From the NCBI GenBank assembly GCA_963827685.1, contig CAWHBU010000006.1, forward strand, positions 128,001 to 192,000: a stretch of DNA of 64,000 nucleotides. The letters run 5' to 3'. Of the stretch, positions 63,163 to 64,000 are shown in pieces. The stretch comes from an uncultured delta proteobacterium. GTDB taxonomy: Bacteria > Desulfobacterota > BSN033 > UBA1163. How positions within the stretch are numbered: position 1 is the stretch's first letter; every line of letters starts with the position of its first letter. The notes below the pieces were generated by a model, which was given only the letters and a program-made list of their open reading frames with translations, searched no databases and was not told where the DNA came from. The position numbers and the translations under genes were made by a program.

Positions 63163-64000
63163 TTACTTTCCTGTTATCTTCTCCTTTAAGAATCTAAATA
63201 TTCCCATTGGTAGAAATATTAAAAAGAAAAGAAGCATCAGTCCATAAATTACCTCTCTAAGGCCCGTCGCGACACGAAGAAATTCTGGCAATACTGTTAA
63301 TAATACTGCTCCAATTATAGGTCCAATAAAGGTGCCCATACTCCCAACCACAGGCATAATAACCATATTTAAACCGGCAAGAAGCGTAAACGATACTGGA
63401 TCAATAAACAAAATATAATGTGCATATAGGACACCTGCCAATCCTGTTATACCAGAAGAAACGGTCATGGAAATTGTTTTATACTTCAATATATTTATGC
63501 CCAACGATTTTGCAAGCACTTCATCTTCTCGGATTGCTACAAATGCCCTTCCCCACGTTGAGACGCTTAACCTCTTCATTAAATACAACACAAAAAACAT
63601 AAAGAAAAAAACCAAATAATAGTAAGACTGTTTAGAATTGAATGTTAGGCCAAAGACCGGATTCGGCGGGGGAATTCCTGTTAAACCAACTGGACCATTG
63701 GTAAGATCTAAGAAGTTGTTAAAAATATCGTATAAAACTAACCCAAATCCAAGGGTCAGTATTGCAAAATGCGTACCTGTAGCCCTAAAAGATGGCAATC
63801 CTATTAAAAGACCACAAATCATACTCAAGGACATTGCGATAGGCAAGCTAATCCAGAAAGAAAAGCCAAGCTTTAAACACAATAATGTCGACGTGTAAGC
63901 ACCGATACCATAAATCGCTCCATGTGCCATAGACACCTGCCCAGTATATCCCATTATCAGGTTCAGGCTCATTGAGAGAATTACCCAAATTTCTGATATT
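63163..64000 (-). CDS. livM: Branched-chain-type ABC permease (5' end outside window)
   Basis: SLNLIMGYTGQVSMAH, FAILTLGF, GRAFVAIREDE. Confidence 0.9.
   Translation of the reverse strand, partial: ISEIWVILSMSLNLIMGYTGQVSMAHGAIYGIGAYTSTLLCLKLGFSFWISLPIAMSLSMICGLLIGLPSFRATGTHFAILTLGFGLVLYDIFNNFLDLTNGPVGLTGIPPPNPVFGLTFNSKQSYYYLVFFFMFFVLYLMKRLSVSTWGRAFVAIREDEVLAKSLGINILKYKTISMTVSSGITGLAGVLYAHYILFIDPVSFTLLAGLNMVIMPVVGSMGTFIGPIIGAVLLTVLPEFLRVATGLREVIYGLMLLFFLIFLPMGIFRFLKEKITGK

Overview
A 64-kb bacterial window. The gene content suggests an anaerobic Desulfobacterota/'Deltaproteobacteria'-like organism (inference). A core-like middle segment (about 11.4-40.5 kb) carries rsmE, prmA, dusB, a Fur-family/ECF metal uptake operon, typA, a DEAD-box helicase, a sigma54 + c-di-GMP-I riboswitch unit, an MdtABC-type efflux system and a multiheme cytochrome. 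Two integrated elements flank it. (1) The left element ends at a duplicated 3' half of tRNA-Phe (11331-11377). It contains a res-like inverted-repeat site, an RHH gene, a minimal tyrosine recombinase, an integron-type HNH cassette with its own attC, an IS110 and an isolated terS-terL pair; whether the RND efflux and USP genes belong to it is unknown. (2) The right element starts at a tmRNA-like 3' fragment (40586-40613). It carries an integrase, a large regulator flanked by three copies of TGACC-N9-CAGTAATT, a DUF3102-like gene, two different TGT/DpdA-like transglycosylases, a T4-gp45/PCNA-like sliding clamp, a Rep-like gene with a 4x22-bp iteron origin, and a PolA relic. Anaerobic catabolic genes follow (SDR, AOR, ADH, acetylene-hydratase-like molybdoenzyme, Liv-type ABC). 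The two-TGT + clamp replicon is the best candidate for an undescribed system. Several 1-2 nt frameshifts could be sequencing errors. All protein assignments come from motif recognition by eye, without database searches.
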